Shown here in pieces: positions 48,720 to 63,279 of a stretch of 64,000 nt of DNA. The notes beneath the pieces were generated by a model. The model searched no databases. It was not told the DNA's origin and saw nothing but the letters and a program-made list of their open reading frames with translations. Every line of letters begins with the position of its first letter. Within the stretch, counting starts at the first letter, position 1. The position numbers were made by a program, and so were the translations under genes. This DNA comes from Auanema rhodensis (lineage: Eukaryota > Animalia > Nematoda), in the NCBI GenBank assembly GCA_964057225.1, contig OZ059896.1:9548001-9612000 (forward strand), in the 5' to 3' direction.

Positions 48720-51700
48720 ATTCGCTCCAATACTAGTCATATTGTCGTGCCTGAACACGATAAGATCGACTCTCTGCAAACACTCAATATGAATTTCAAT
48801 GCTCGTTGATTACATAACCTTCTCCAGGATCTCTTTAGTTGGATGTTATTGAAATAGTGTGTACCTAAACTCGACAAGGAATCAAGTAATTTTTTCTCCT
48901 TTAACGTAATATGCCAAGCACATTCGATCACTAGAACCCTTTTCTTTTCGAATTACGCGTTGGCATTGAGAGAACTGATAATGTCTTCATAGCAAAAAGA
49001 TGATACTTTGAATTGCGTGGATCAAAGCTCAAAAAGTTTGTCATCTGATACTCTTTTTGATACCTTGAGTATTTGCTTATGTAATTTTTTGATTTCCTCG
49101 ATATTTCACGACTGATAAACTCTGGTTAAAGTTACAGATAGCTGTATTGCATAATATTAATACCCTTTTCTGTAATCCTCTACTTGTCGAGATATGGATA
49201 GTTTTTGTTTTCCAATATTGTGTTCCAAATAACGCCGAATAATTCGTACGACCTATGATCTGGTATATTTCTAGAGAAACATATTTTTTCATGGCTATTG
49301 ACTGTATTAAGAAGTCGTGTTATAATATTCATTTTATTGAAGTAGACTGCGGAAATTGGATAAAACTATTATCACAGTTATTGTCTTTGATGTTCAAGGT
49401 TTCTCTTTGCTCCTATCGGTGTAAATACTGGCCTGTTTAACAATGTAGATATTTCGAAATGAAACAATAAGAGACATTAAAATACTGTTCTGAAGCCATT
49501 TCTCTCATATTTCTTCTCTTCGTCATGAAAAATATTTGAGCTTTGTTCAAATTGACTATGAGATGTGGATTGCTAAAATATTTCCAAACTATAGTTTAGT
49601 CGAACAATGTTTGATTTGGATAATCATAACAAATGCTCTCTTACTCAAAGTAGGCTTTCTTGATTGAGCCTTTGTAACAGGAAAAGAGAAATTGTAGTTG
49701 TCAACACGAGAACATGCTATGAAAGTTTTGCTGAAATGAAAGAACACGATGAGAGACAAGGATAAGGCAACAATTATCTCAACGTGCACGGTTCAATGAA
49801 AGCAACTTACATGATCCGGATTGCTTAAGCCAGAGAGAATGAAAAAAAGAAGACGACATTGTGTAACAGGTTACGAAGGTTTCATGGTCTTTCTTTCATT
49901 TAGAATTGTCTCAGAGATGCTTTTTAAATAGATTTTTCCATTATTTTTAGCTCTTCAAAGTTAATTTTAAAATCAAATAATCTTTTATGTTTTTCAATTA
50001 TGTCTTCAAAGAATGCCTGTCATAGATAAGTATACGTGAATATATAAATCCTCTGATCACATTCCTGATACTACATAAAAAGTATTATGGTATAGTGCAT
50101 ATAAAAGATAAGACAATAGTTTTATTCATTCATTTTTGCTATAATTGTATTGTACTAGGAAAGCATACTTATAAGCTTGAGAACGTTTCCTTGAAGTTGA
50201 TGATATCAGGCTTGCATTTCTAGGAATTTGAGGACATTTTTAAAATCCGAGGTTTCCTGGGCGTTCTAGCAGGTGTTAGTTTGAATCAAATCTCAAACTA
50301 TAAATATGAATTTGGAATTCTTACACTTTAGTGGTGAAAACGACAGATTTATTATATTGCAGTACTAATTTTTCTTTTCATAAAAATATGATAACCATCT
50401 TATAACTCGAACTGCCCTGACCGAAATAGCAAAAGGTGTTAGGCTAAAAGACTAACTTAACATATCATCACACCATTTTCTTCGAATGACCGCTACTGTA
50501 TCTGTGACATAAATGAATTCCATAATACTTCAAGTACGGAGTTCAGTGGTCATATATCGTCATATGACGTACCGTCTTAATGATCATGTGCTTGTGTAGC
50601 AAAACTAGTGATTTATAGAGTTCTGTTGCATTTTTTCAAGCATCCACCTTTTTAGCAATCTAATTCAGAACAGAGCTATCTTCATGTGACATGAAGAGAA
50701 CCCGCGCTGCGCCTTATAAGGTTCTGATTTTGCGTGCCAGATGTCATAGTCTGCGATCATTACAAAGGTTACATCAAAACAATGATTATAAACCGATGAA
50801 CATCATCTTCCCATGCCCAAACATTCCCATTTTTTAATGAGCCGAAAATGGTGTCCAAGTAGATCGGTTAAGTTTCACTGGTCCGCATAGGTTCTATATC
50901 CTCAACCCTTTCACTGGTATCAAAGACCAAGAGATCAAACAATCTTTCGCCATACAGTCGATGCACTGGGTCAGCGATGGTGCTAACGGGAACCGAATTC
51001 GCGCACCCAAGTCTTGTCCGTTCATGCAAAATTTGTTTCGATTTTGAGGTTTTCAATAATACAACCCGAAATATACTATTTGTTAGATCACTTTTGTAAT
51101 TTATCAAGTATTTCATTCTCATAAATGTTTTCCTTTGTATAAGCTTTGTTCTGTCACCCTTTTGCCCGACTTATCCACATCTTGTTCCAGAATCTGAGTT
51201 AATGCTGTAACTTGATCTTTTAATCTTTCATTTTTCTTTTGACGACTATTAAAAAATGTTTTTTTTCTCGTTCATTATGATTTCGCATAGAAACGAAGAT
51301 TAAATTCCTAACTGGAATATCCTAATATCTTCTTGATTATCTATATTATTTTTGATTTGATTGATATCCAGAAAGTATATTGATGTTTTTATTAAATAAT
51401 TTTTATTCTTATATGTTTGGCAACAATTGTTCTTATTTTATGGTTCAAAAAGTTGTATTGACATTTTGCCTTCGATAATATTGTCCTTCCAGTACATGCA
51501 TTTTCGCGGTCGATAATCTTCTTGTTTAAACTCGGCCATCTTGCATTTCGCACGCAGTTTATAGAATTCTGTTGTAGTCACATACATTTAATTATTTAAT
51601 TTTTGTAATATTATTTAACACTTCCGTATATTCTTGTTTCATTTGTCAATGTATTTATCTGTTATTTTGCGTATCTGTTCGAAGTTAACTTTCTATTATC

Positions 51701-52020
51701 TGGTTATTACTTTTATATTATTTTGAAGTCTAAATTATTGAAAATTTTCTTGATTGCAACACATATATTGATCACCAACGTAAGAAGTATGAACCTATTC
51801 AGATTTTGCTATTATGAGTTTTTCGCTAGTTCGAAACTATCAAATCGTTTCATAAATTTCGAATATGATTTTTCACTTTTAAAGGTTTCAACAGTCCATT
51901 CATCCAACCACCCTGTTATTTGAGTAGCTTTGTCCGAACAGACTTCGGCTCTCTCCATTAATGGTACAACAGTTTTCTTTTCAAATATTTGCGAATTGTT
52001 CTTTTCTCTGCGCCGCAAGC
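48720..52020 (-). mobile_element. Degenerate BEL/Pao LTR retrotransposon (gag-PR-RT-RNase H)
   Basis: Remnants in BEL order on the minus strand: gag-like DEWTVETF, zinc-knuckle-like RKCMY (~51500), protease DSG (51194-51186), DPVHRLYGERLFDLL, YLDTIFG, YTD for YVDN (~49415), LFGVIWNT and KRVLIL (Peptidase_A17-like), then RALKFI. Many stops and frameshifts. Confidence 0.65.
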
Positions 52021-52589
52021 TATATTCTATTTTCAGTCTAATCTGAAATCTTTTCTTGTATTCATAGTCTTGTGAGATACGTTTTTGATTGCACTTCTTG
52101 CTTATCTAGAATTAGAACCCAGAGACTAACATCTCGTCATAAGATAGGGTTTCCTATTATATGTTGTTATCGTGAGAGAGCAGGTTATCACAACTACAGA
52201 GAGCTTCTTATACTTAATTAATATAATCGACATTTTTCATTACATATATATTGACTTATTGTGAAGACCTTTCTATGTAAATCTCGCATAATTGTACGAA
52301 GTGTCTTAGTGCGAGGACATTGCGTAGTTTGAAGATATATACGTATTTGGGGAGCTCAATGAGAATACTCTCTTTCTGTTACTTTCTGTGCAGTGAGTCC
52401 ACGATTTTAACTATGCCCGCCTCCAATCATTTTTACTACGAATGACCTTTGGAGCATGTGATGGGTTGACGCCCGCTTTCTGATCTGTTCGATGATTTTT
52501 TTATTTAACTCAATCATACATCGTATGTTCATTTTTTGTATTTGCTTATGCTCTCTTTTATGTCATTTCTTTACGTGAACTTCCACGTG

Positions 52590-53012
52590 AGTCGGGCACT
52601 AGTTTTCGGTTCATTTTATAAAGTTAGAGACGATGAACGGTTGTTCCCTCCTAGTTTCTCTTAATATTTCCTTTGTGTTTTCTCATCCTGACTCTCTTTC
52701 GTTTTCTATTCCTGTCTCGTCTTTCTATTAATCGTGTATTCTTCGTTCTGCTCTCTTTGCTTTACTAGTGTACTTTTCCCTCCTGGCTACCGCATTGAGG
52801 AAATTGTTAAACATTCTGCCATCATTATCTATTTGTTTCCAGACAACGTCGGGCTCTCGTGCTTGTTCGTCCTCTCCTCTTTTATTATTATATTTCTTTT
52901 TGTAATGTGTGTATCTGTTCAGCACACTATGTTTGTAGTATTCACAGTAGTGCTGATTGGGATTTTTGGGACCCAGAATACCATCAGGACCAGCTAATGT
53001 CTGCCACATCAC
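52590..53012 (-). mobile_element. BEL/Pao integrase C-terminal (DUF5641-like) remnant
   Basis: SVLNRYTHYKKKYNNKRGE...EPDVVWKQID resembles LxxFWxxWxxxYLxxLRE...PxxGDVVL, followed by TVHRL resembling RPVxxL. Confidence 0.4.
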
Positions 53013-53929
53013 AAGTAACTTGACACCCCCCGACCCGTGACAACACGTTCACCTTTGCCATCACTTCAGCATAAAGTGAATTATTTCCTTTTTTTGGTGC
53101 TGTTGTTTCTAAAGTTGAAGGGTTGTTACTGTATAGTGATAGATTCTTATAAAGAGTAGGCATTACGAAGAGAAAGAGAGGACAGAAAGGTGAGAGAATA
53201 GGAAAGACCAGAAGAAAATTCAGCTGTCTTGTTATTAACAGGAAAGGTAGTATTGATTAGGCATTGTGTCTGTGTCTCAGTGTTCGCTTGCGTATCCATG
53301 TAACATTTCTATCTTTTTTTGTGTTCTTTTGCTGTTTCTTTTCAACTATTTTAACACCTTGATTGGAATTTGTGTGTCTTTGGTTCTTTATATCTTTTTA
53401 TACAATTTTCTTCTCTTTTCACTTATGGCTTATCTCTAATTCCAAAGATCAGCTCTTGTCCAGTATTGTGATATCTACTTACAAACAAGAAAAGTTAAAT
53501 GGTTTGCTGCTATGCGACTAATGGTAAAATCACATTTCGGTCTCATTTCGTTATCGCTCGATGTGTTGACTTTGATTCTCATTGGTTTTGAACCGTTATC
53601 ATTCTTTTGGCTAACCTTTTGATAGCTGCTGTGACTAAAATCAGCGTTATTCTTGCTATTTTATCAGTTGAATGTTCAGTTTACCGCTTGGTTAAGCTTG
53701 CTCGTCCAAAGTTTTACTTATTATGTGTTTCCTGTCCTTCTTGTCGTCGTTCATTCTGATTAAAGCCATAGTTGAGCAGCATGCCAAAGTACATTTGGGC
53801 TTGTTGCCTTTATGCAATTTTCACATGTGTTGAGAGAACATGAGAGACGTGGGAGCCAAATATAGGCAAAGAAAATGAAGTATGTCGCTGACGAGAGAGA
53901 ACGAGTACTAAAAAGGGTGGAAAATGAGA

Positions 53930-54335
53930 AAGGCAGTGAGAAGGAGAGAGGAATCGAAAATTGACAGAATAGGAGATTGTTAGAGGAGGAGGTGAAAAGA
54001 TATAGAGATAGAGATTGAAAGATAGAACGATTGAAAGAGAGATAGAGATAGAGAGCTAGATAGGTAGCAAGAGCTTCAGAAAGGGGGAAGAAAGCGATTT
54101 ATTGGGAGAAGAAATATTGAGAGAACTAATTTGGTAGTAAGAGAGTTGTAGACAGAGAAATTCTTAAGGAGAAACAAAGAAAAGGAGAGAATAGGCGAAA
54201 GAGTGGCATAAAGGTGTATAGGGAGCAGACCAGGTTATAGGTAGCTAGAGAGAGAAAATTACGTGAGAGCGAGATGTAGAGAAGACGAAAGATATGGAGA
54301 GCGACGTAGAAGGACCTGAAAAAGATGAGAGAGAA

Positions 54336-54368
<33 letters not shown>

Positions 54369-54440
54369 GAAAGAGAAAGAGAAATGATGAGTGACATAGA
54401 TTGAGAGAGGCATTGAGAGAGAGATTAGAAGAGAAAGGTG
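53930..54440. repeat. Purine-rich degenerate GA tract upstream of the nuclear receptor gene
   Basis: About 500 bp of GAGA/GAAA-rich sequence on the + strand. Confidence 0.7.
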
Positions 54441-54806
54441 TGTAGTAATAACCGGAATAGCGATGATTCTGCATGAGGCAGTCGTATTTCGCTGCCACTT
54501 ATTGATCGACTCGTTAGTTATCACAAGGGGAAAGTACGCCCATTGTTTCTCATTTCTCGGAAATCAAAACGATTTATATTACTTATCACTGACCTGCCTG
54601 CTCAGCTATGTCTGAAATCTGAAATAAATATGATATATTCTGGAAGTTGCTTCCAAACATTACACTAGGACAACATATAGCACACGTCCTGGTTTTATGA
54701 CTTAACCCGTCCTTATTTATCAAGCCACATTTTGGTCTCATTCTTCTTTGTTGAAAACGTTTCTCTTTTCATTTCGATTAGCTTGAATTGATTTTATTAT
54801 TTCCAG

Positions 54807-57780
54807 ACGGAGCCCTTACCAGTTAAACGGGCTCGTTTAGAGTCACAAAAAGTGATGATTCCTCATCAGCAGAGTAAGTATTTTTGTTTCCAATTTTTGG
54901 CACATTTTCATGGGATATTGTGTTGGCTTTGTTCATGAGTTGCAACTAGAGTTGTAAATTATAAAATTGCTTATTATTGTCTTACGAATACTCTATGAAT
55001 CACGTGTTTAATTGAGAAGTTTTAATGAGTTAACTTGAAACATATGAATGATGTAGATGTCTATGACGGTAGAATTCAACGAGCCTACTGTCGAGACAAC
55101 GATTTTATTACACCTAACGTTAAATTTCCAGTTGTAGATAGAATTAGGATTATGTACTTGTGTTTTCAGTTGGCCGTTTTGAGCCGGCAGTCTCGCTACC
55201 ACAACCTATCGAATTTCTACATCCAAAGAACGAGACTGGTGTGGTGGAGATATCTGCTAGATCCACGCTACCTCAAGCCGGTACCCCAGCTAGTTTGTCT
55301 TCTCTTGCTATCACTTTCTCTTGCAACATACTATAGTCTTATTTTTATAATATGCTCATTCAAATTCGTTATTGTTTTTGTATATCATTTTTGCGAAGAT
55401 AGCTTTTGCATGAAAATTTGAGATGTTATGCATTTGTATGACAGTCTAACAGTTCTGCTTCAGGTATGCAATGTCGAGTTTGCGGAGATTCCAGAGCTGG
55501 GAGGCATTACGGAACCATTGCTTGTAATGGATGTAAAGGATTTTTCCGACGAAGGTTTTTAATTTTCAGTTATTCTGAATTTTTAATTCCGAATTTCAGT
55601 ATTTGGGAGCAACGTGATTACACTTGTCGATTCGGTGGAAAATGTCAAATAATTCAGGAATATCGTAACCGATGTAGAGCATGCCGTTTAGCTCGGTGCT
55701 TTGAAGTTGGAATGGATGCACGGGGTAATTTTTTTCATATATGTCAATAACTTCTGAAAGTTCATATATTGAATAATTGAATATAATATTGGATGAACAC
55801 ACGTTTGCCAAAGACACTGCGAATTGCTGTCACTTAAGTTTTTAATATGTTTTCGCCGGTATTTGATAAGTATCCTAATTCAATAGTGAAGACAATTTTA
55901 TAAAACTAATTTTTCCAGCTGTTCAATCCGAACGTGATAAGCACAAGAAAAAACCTTCTCTATCATCATCTCCTTCAATAAGTATAGACGAATCAGGTCC
56001 TCCGCCAAGTACATCATCTTTCACTACTGTATGTGTGAACATATTTAAAAATATAAATCGCCTTCTTTCTAGGATGGATCTCCTACTATGTCTCCTTTTA
56101 TTCCAAACTCTATAAATTCAGTTATGGTAAATACGACTCCTTCTACATCGAGCCCTGTTCAATCAACTAGAGTTTCTTTTAATAAATTAACTTATTCGAA
56201 TATACCAGGTATCTATGGACAACAGTTTATAATCAACTGTTGAGTATAGTTACAGGGGCGGTAAACCGAGCATTCGCTGAGACATTGTCAGCATTCCCTC
56301 CCGTATCTAAAGCACAGGACTTCCCGAATAGATCAAATTATAATACCGTCTTAGTACAGTACCTGCTAGAATTGGTACTTATTTATTAAATTTCCGGGTG
56401 TGTATATTATAAGTGCTTCAGGAAGAGCGAACCGATAATATGAGTGATACTAAAGAAGATTTAGAAATAGATCAACAGTTTGATAAATTGTGTCGTGTAG
56501 ATGTCACGATTGAAACAGCTTTCAAGAAGCCTGGGATTGTGGCTAGAAGAACTCCAGTTCGTTTTTAGTTTTTATTACTTATTTTAACATTTTTTTTTCA
56601 GCCGAAGTGGTATGCTCTAGAGCGATTAATAACTCTAGAAGATGTTCAAATAACATGGTGCCGATCTTTTGTATTATGCGTAGATTGGGCTAACATTTTG
56701 AGAGATTATACTGTAAGTACATGAGGACGATCATTCTCTATATTAATATTGAGTATTTTAGGATTTATCAGAATCAGATCAGTTCACTTTGTTAAGAAAT
56801 CGGGTAGTATCTGTTAATTGGTTGTGTCATACATATAAAACATTCAAATCTGGTTGCGATGGTGTAGCCCTTGTTAATGGTAGTTGGTATCCTAGGGATA
56901 TTGAAAAACAGAAGCTTTTAGATCCAGGGTGTGTTAGGTTTGAGAAACATATATATAATATGGTCATTTAGATGCAATCATTACTTTAAAATATTAGCTG
57001 AACACCTCATGTCAGATTTAGTATATCCCATGAGAGAAATGGAGATGGATGATGCCGAATTCTGCGTTTTGAAAGTGTTAATACTATTCAGAGCTCGTAA
57101 GAGTTTAATTAAGCTGCTTATGGAGCTAAATTCCAATTGATTTAAGATCGAAAGCTTTCTGACGAAGGTAAAGCACATGTAAATAGAGTTCGAGACAAGT
57201 ACGTCGATGCACTGTTCCACCACATAGCTGCGAAGTACCCACATTATACATCTTTGGAAATTACCCAGAGGGTCTCTAAAATTCTTTTATTATTACCAAG
57301 TATTGAGGTTTGTTTTTATGATATCATTTGAAGAAAAAACTATGATTTCATTGATTAATCTAAATATAGCTCTATGTAATGTTAGATTATCTTCATCTGA
57401 TCTTTTCAGCACCTATCACAACAGGAGGATGACAATGTTCAGTTCTTGGCATTATTTAATTTAGCAAATCTAAACGGGTTACCGTATGAATTACATTCCT
57501 CGGTAAAACAACATTTGCAAGGTGAAGATGATACACAGGTATGACATTCTTGCCCTCATATAGAACCTATGTTTAATCCACTCTCGCTCACTCACTCACA
57601 TCTGCAGATTAAAACCTCCCCTCCTCATTTGATGAGCTAAAGTGCAAGAAAATTCGACTCTGGTTACAGGTTAACGAAGTCACATCTAATGAGGCTGAGA
57701 TGAAAGCTTTTGACTTTGAGGCTTCTACCGCGCATCCGTCGTCCACCTACAACCGTTCCTTCGCCAATGATCTGTTATGA
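54807..57780 (+). CDS. nhr-34: Nuclear hormone receptor, HNF4-derived, nhr-34-like (start exon not located)
   Basis: C4 zinc fingers [28 protein letters not shown]|[15 protein letters not shown]...RCRACRL...[19 protein letters not shown] ends [18 protein letters not shown]. As I recall, PVKRARL...MIPHQ and DTQVNEVTS match C. elegans NHR-34. Confidence 0.9.
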
Positions 57781-58689
57781 TATGCAGCGGTTTGCTATGG
57801 CCAAGAAGTTCACAAGATATTCAGTCCTTTCAACATGTACTTTCATTCGAGCTTCTTGCCTCTTATGTCTCTGTGATATCTACCACCACAACCCTCAATG
57901 ATCAAAAGTCAGCAACAATCTATGAGAAAGAGAGACGTGTCCTAGCATATCAGGGATATTATTTGAATTTCGTATTTCATTCATAAGTTTTATAGTCTAT
58001 TTTATAACGAGATATTCCTGAGAATTATCTACTATTTGAAATAATTTTACATATACAATTCAGTTTTGTAGTAGATTGCCTGTTTAGTTATCTCAGAGAT
58101 GTAATTTTTATTTGTTTTGAACTACTTAGCTGACTATTTCATAGCCAAAATTGCTCAATTTTATAAGCATAATCACATCACTTCAGGTGTTACACTTGAT
58201 TGAAAATCATGTGTATAAGCTCAGATCATGGTTGTATTTTTGATTAGCTCATTCCATCATATTTAAAAAGTCAGGTGATACATTATTAGTTTTGCAATGG
58301 CTTTCTGAACAGAAACATTGTTTCACTTTGTATATGTATATGTACATACTATATATGAGACGTAAATTAAATCTTCTGATCTGGGATTCTACCGAAAAAA
58401 CTGACTGATGATTCTTTTGTCAGCCAAATGTTATTTCCCGGAGACCAGTAATCAGCTATGTTGTTGTTAAATATTTATAATCAATATACATGGAGCATTT
58501 CTGCCGAACCTGTCGTTATCCTCCCACAAAAGTTGTTCTTTCCTTCTGAGTTTATTTAATAAAAAAATATATTTATATTATATATACATATACATATATA
58601 TATATATGTATGTATATGTATATAACGGTTATGTAATGATGTTTTTTCTTAATAAAAATCAATAATGAAAATATTTTCCAAACGTAAGA

Positions 58690-58960
58690 AACGTTCTCAG
58701 GATAGCTACAGCGACACTGATATTGTATCAAGGGGAAGTTGAGATGATGGATGGTTGTTAATTCATGGTCAAGGCAAGTTTGGACATCAGATTGGAGGCG
58801 TGATCATGTGACAACGTCGACGATTACGAGCCGATTTGGATTTCAATGTTAATCCGAAGCCGATTGATTTTTAATTATATGCGACAGCATTTGAAGTTGT
58901 GGTGTTAGAAAAGTTTTAATAGTTTGGCCGAGTTTCCATTTTTCTAACACCAGGATCATA
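58690..58960 (+). mobile_element. RTE-like LINE apurinic-endonuclease remnant
   Basis: DGWLLIHGQG...IGGV then YAT resembles RTE DGxxVxLGxG...GGVG...YAPT. Confidence 0.4.
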
Positions 58961-60249
58961 CTTAACTTTGCGAGAACAGGTAAAACAAGGTATTTAAATG
59001 ATAAACATAGTGGACAACTATGAAGAGAAGACACACACACACACAATTGGTTGATAAGGTAGGTGACAAGGTTATTATCGCTGACAACCATCAAGAGTCT
59101 AGTTATCTAACTGATAAGACTGCTCTCTGACTATGTTCAAAAGCCTGTAAGATAGCATGAAAGCTGTGATTCCTATCTTAATAAAGTATATTCTTGTTCA
59201 TTTATGATAACGAAAAGGACAGTTGAAATACCAAAATTTCATTCATCAAATAGGGATGATCATAAAATTATTGCAACAGTTGTTAAAACTTCGCAAGATT
59301 TTATTGGAAGTTTATTATGGGTTTACAGTGAAAAATAAGGTTCAGAATAATAAAACATTAAAATAATCTGTGTTTTTGCTTTTTATGTCTTATATTTGGA
59401 GTTACTGTCCTCCTTTTTAAAAGTTCGTGAAAAATAAAACTGTACTATAGGGAGTAAAGATTGAAAAAATTAAGTGAAAACTCGTATTTCAACTTTTGAA
59501 AACATTAATGTAATACTTTTTTTAATCAATTGTACTATTAAAATTAAAATCACATAATGAAAACGTTGATTTGGAATAAACTAAACGTCATATTAAACGA
59601 GGAAATTGATTTTGAGAGTAACAGAATGTGTATCTAATTTCATGAATTCTTCTATACTGCCTCGTAGGAGATGCTCTCGAAGGGATATATATTGCCTTCA
59701 GCTTCGTGATGCCACTATGATTTGAATTGATCAGTTGACATTAACTTCCGTGGAAAAATATTTTCTTTTTTTCTTCCTGCCAGTTCATTCCTTTATTGCA
59801 TTCCATTGTAGGCAGAAAGGTTTTTTGTTTTAATCTTATAAGCTTTAATATTACTAAAAGTGAATATCTACGATGTCGTTTTTATCTTTTAATGTTGAAT
59901 TGAAAAGATAATACGTCAGCTGATGCAGATACACTGAGCCTCAATATTATCTTGGATATCCAGCTCTGTGAGATTTTGTAGCAATCTGTTTTTAGCTTTC
60001 AACAATGAAATGTAAACTCAATGTAAACTTTTAGTTTATTGCGTGATATCAAATTATTTTCATATTCTTTGAATATTTTATTGAGCTTCATATAGCTAAC
60101 TCCAACGAAACGATCTGAACGAACCGGTTGTTCAAGAAAATCTTTGTTTCTGGAGAAGATGAAGAATTAGAATTAAAGTCAAAAATCAATCTTGTTACGA
60201 TTAACCGATAACGTCCTTGATTTTCAGATTTTCTTCTGAATTCAGCATT

Positions 60250-60900
60250 ATATTTACATATTGAATAAAAAAAGCTACATATGCACACATGTGATCAATG
60301 ATTAAATACGAAAGGTACAATAACTTTTCCTATTTCGATGGTTAATCAGTGATATGAAGTATTAATGTCTTTCAATCATTCTTATAAATAAGTATTAATA
60401 TTGAAAGAGAGCAAAACAGAAGCATTTGTGAACTTTTTCCAGCTGAAAGCCATGATATAATCCGATTCACTATTCCATATTTTCTACATTATATACATAA
60501 TCGATTTCTAAGCGAATATTGAACGTTCAAAAATGTTGTTCAATTCTTAGAAATATGAAAGTTCAAATGTACGATTACATACTAACCACGTTGGAACGCG
60601 TCATGCAATTATTTAGTGTAAAAAATATCCCAGGAACATTAGCAATTTGTTTTCAGAATATTTGTTTTCTTAAAAGCTAAAAAATTCATTTTACTTTCTG
60701 AATTGAATCTGATAATTCTTCTCTGTGATATATTTTGTGTAATAATGTCTGGAAAATTAGCCCTCCACCAATGATTTGTTATTTAATAGATTTAGTCCAT
60801 TTTTTCCACAAGAAAAATTTAATTATTTTGTTGCTCATAATTAGAAAATTGACAAGAATGATAACGATTTCGGTCTGTTTGTTCTGTGTGTGATATCATG
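60250..60900 (-). mobile_element. Possible decayed LINE endonuclease remnant
   Basis: IGGGLI, LMFLGYF (cf. GDFN) and a later DH occur in APE order. Very degenerate. Confidence 0.25.
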
Positions 60901-61557
60901 TGAGCGCTAAAATTATTTGCGATATAACATATCCCAAAGCTTCACTATATACTGTCGCATCCACTTGAAATTGTGATCGTGATAATGAAAAAAATCTAGT
61001 TGATTAAATAAATTCTAACTTGTGTTTTAAGAACAAGGACTAGAATTTCCTTTATTCATTTATAGATCAGTAAAGAGCTTTGGGTTTATAATAAAATCTC
61101 TTTCGATGTCTCCTCAAAAGTCTTCTCATATGGCCCACGTCTTATCATCGGTCAGCCTATTTTAAATTAAAATTATCATGCCTCTATAATGGTTTCTCTC
61201 ACTAAGAATTTTATTTTTCTTGATTATAATTAATACTTTTTCCGAAGGAAAGAAGGAAAAATCAAATTTTTCTTCTTATTTGCACACGGAAGAGCAATGA
61301 AGACATGGCAAAAAAATTGTTTTGAACTATATGAGGGAAAATATTTTTTTCTCATTGGCATATTTTTATTCTCTTGTTTTTGTATTTACAACAATTTCTC
61401 TTTTTTTACTTTTTTCATTCACTTAAAAACATTAGTGCTCCATGGATAAATTATTAATATCAAAGGACAGTTTATTCTTTTAAACATGAATGACTTCATG
61501 AAAACTATTACCTACTACTTTGTATATTTGAGCATAAACTTGATCCACCCACCCACC

Positions 61558-61560
<3 letters not shown>

Positions 61561-61588
<28 letters not shown>
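61561..61588. repeat. (AT)n microsatellite
   Basis: Perfect AT run preceded by CCAC repeats. Confidence 0.9.
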
Positions 61589-61589
<1 letters not shown>

Positions 61590-63279
61590 GCATTAGTGGT
61601 TGATTTTCAATAACGTTCTTAAATGTTCTTTTTTCAGAAACGGTGACGAACTAAAATCAAAGGTCGGAACGTTCTCATTGAACACGATTGTTCTGAACAG
61701 ACTTGATTGATTTAATTAGACAACTGTATTTTAAACTCTAAAACGTTATATTTTATTTATTTTCCTTATTTCTTTAATTTTTCAAAATTTTCTCACTTAT
61801 TCATAGTGATATTCAGTAGACAACTCTCCTTTTTAGCATTTAAGTGCACGTTTTTTAATGATGAACATAACTGTCTGCGCATTAGTTCATTATCAGATTT
61901 GAACTTAAAGGTTTCCGTTCTTTACAGTTTAGAACTAATTTCTATCTCCCGTTCATCCTCCCTACATATTGATTTTTTCTTCACTCTTATTTCATATAGC
62001 GATTTCAGCTGCGTTGATAATAGTTAGAACACAATGATGAATGAGTTTTCAAATGAAATTTGAAACAAATCTTTTTTTCTTTTATATAATTAATGAAGCA
62101 TATGTATGATGCTATTTCATTAGCATACTTTTTTTTTCAAACTGATCACTTTATCCTAAATATACGGTTCTTTGTTGCGTACTCTGGGACCTCATGTGAT
62201 GTTCCTATTTGACAGATAAAGTTCAAAAGTTTAATGTTTAAGCTGTCACTAACATTTTCTTCACGCTCTTTTATTTTTTTTTGTAGCCTTTTAACATTAT
62301 CCGCCTTATAGTGCATTCATGACTATATATGGTTTGCTTCTGTTAATGCGAAATTGGAGGAGCTGTTGATTCTGAAAGCAACTACACGGCTCTTACAATC
62401 TTCAAATATAAAACGAGCAAGGTGATAAATAAACCCACGCAAAATTATTAGCATATAGATGATTCATTGACGTTTGTAAGGTTATTTATGTACATTATGC
62501 TAATTTTATCATATTGTATAGCTTCCTTATTTAAGATATTCTTTTGCATTTAATTTTTTTCTATTTCACTTTTGTGATATAAAAAGTGTGAATCATAGTT
62601 GCACTTCACATTAAATTTGCTTTATTGTTTTCTCATGATACTTTTTCGTTTGACTTATCTATGGTTTTAACTTTCTATGTTAGGAAAACATAATCATTAT
62701 GCGGTTTCTTCTTGTTTATTGCCTGTTACTCGTTTTTTTTATTTTTCCCAATGATAACTATATTATCAATAACAATGACATTTGTGCATATTGATACTTA
62801 TTTTACTTACTATTTTTGTGCTCATTTATATTATTTATGTATTCATGACATACAGCTACCATTTTTTATCAGTACCATCCGATTTTCTATGCTCGCACTG
62901 ACAATATGTTACAAATTGTTGTTTTTAAATTATGTTCTGAGTGTTTTTTTTGTTACGTCAATATTACAATTTCGCAGTGTTTCTTCTGTTTTATAATTTT
63001 TAAAAATTCTGCATCTATATCTATACGTATTGATGAAATTACAGTTTATCTGAATGATTATGTTTTCCAGATGATTTTATCTTTTAGTATCACTTTTTAA
63101 AAACTGAAATTTGGTTTCTTACTTCCTATCTTTCACATTTTCTTTTCTATAATTGTTTTGTTTGTTTCTTTTCATTTGCCGCCAGGCTACATCTACCTTT
63201 TTTACGAGAACACAAACGTAGTTGTGTAAAAAGTTGTGCGTAGATTTTAGCAAAATTTTATTTAAATGCTATATTTGTG

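Noticed and set aside
48737-49292. Cys/Trp spacing suggestive of a rhabdovirus-G or class III env endogenous viral element (also ORF 741-1055)
   Set aside because: Alternate frames give ordered BEL RT/RNase H motifs consistent with flanking gag and protease remnants, so the env resemblance is probably chance.
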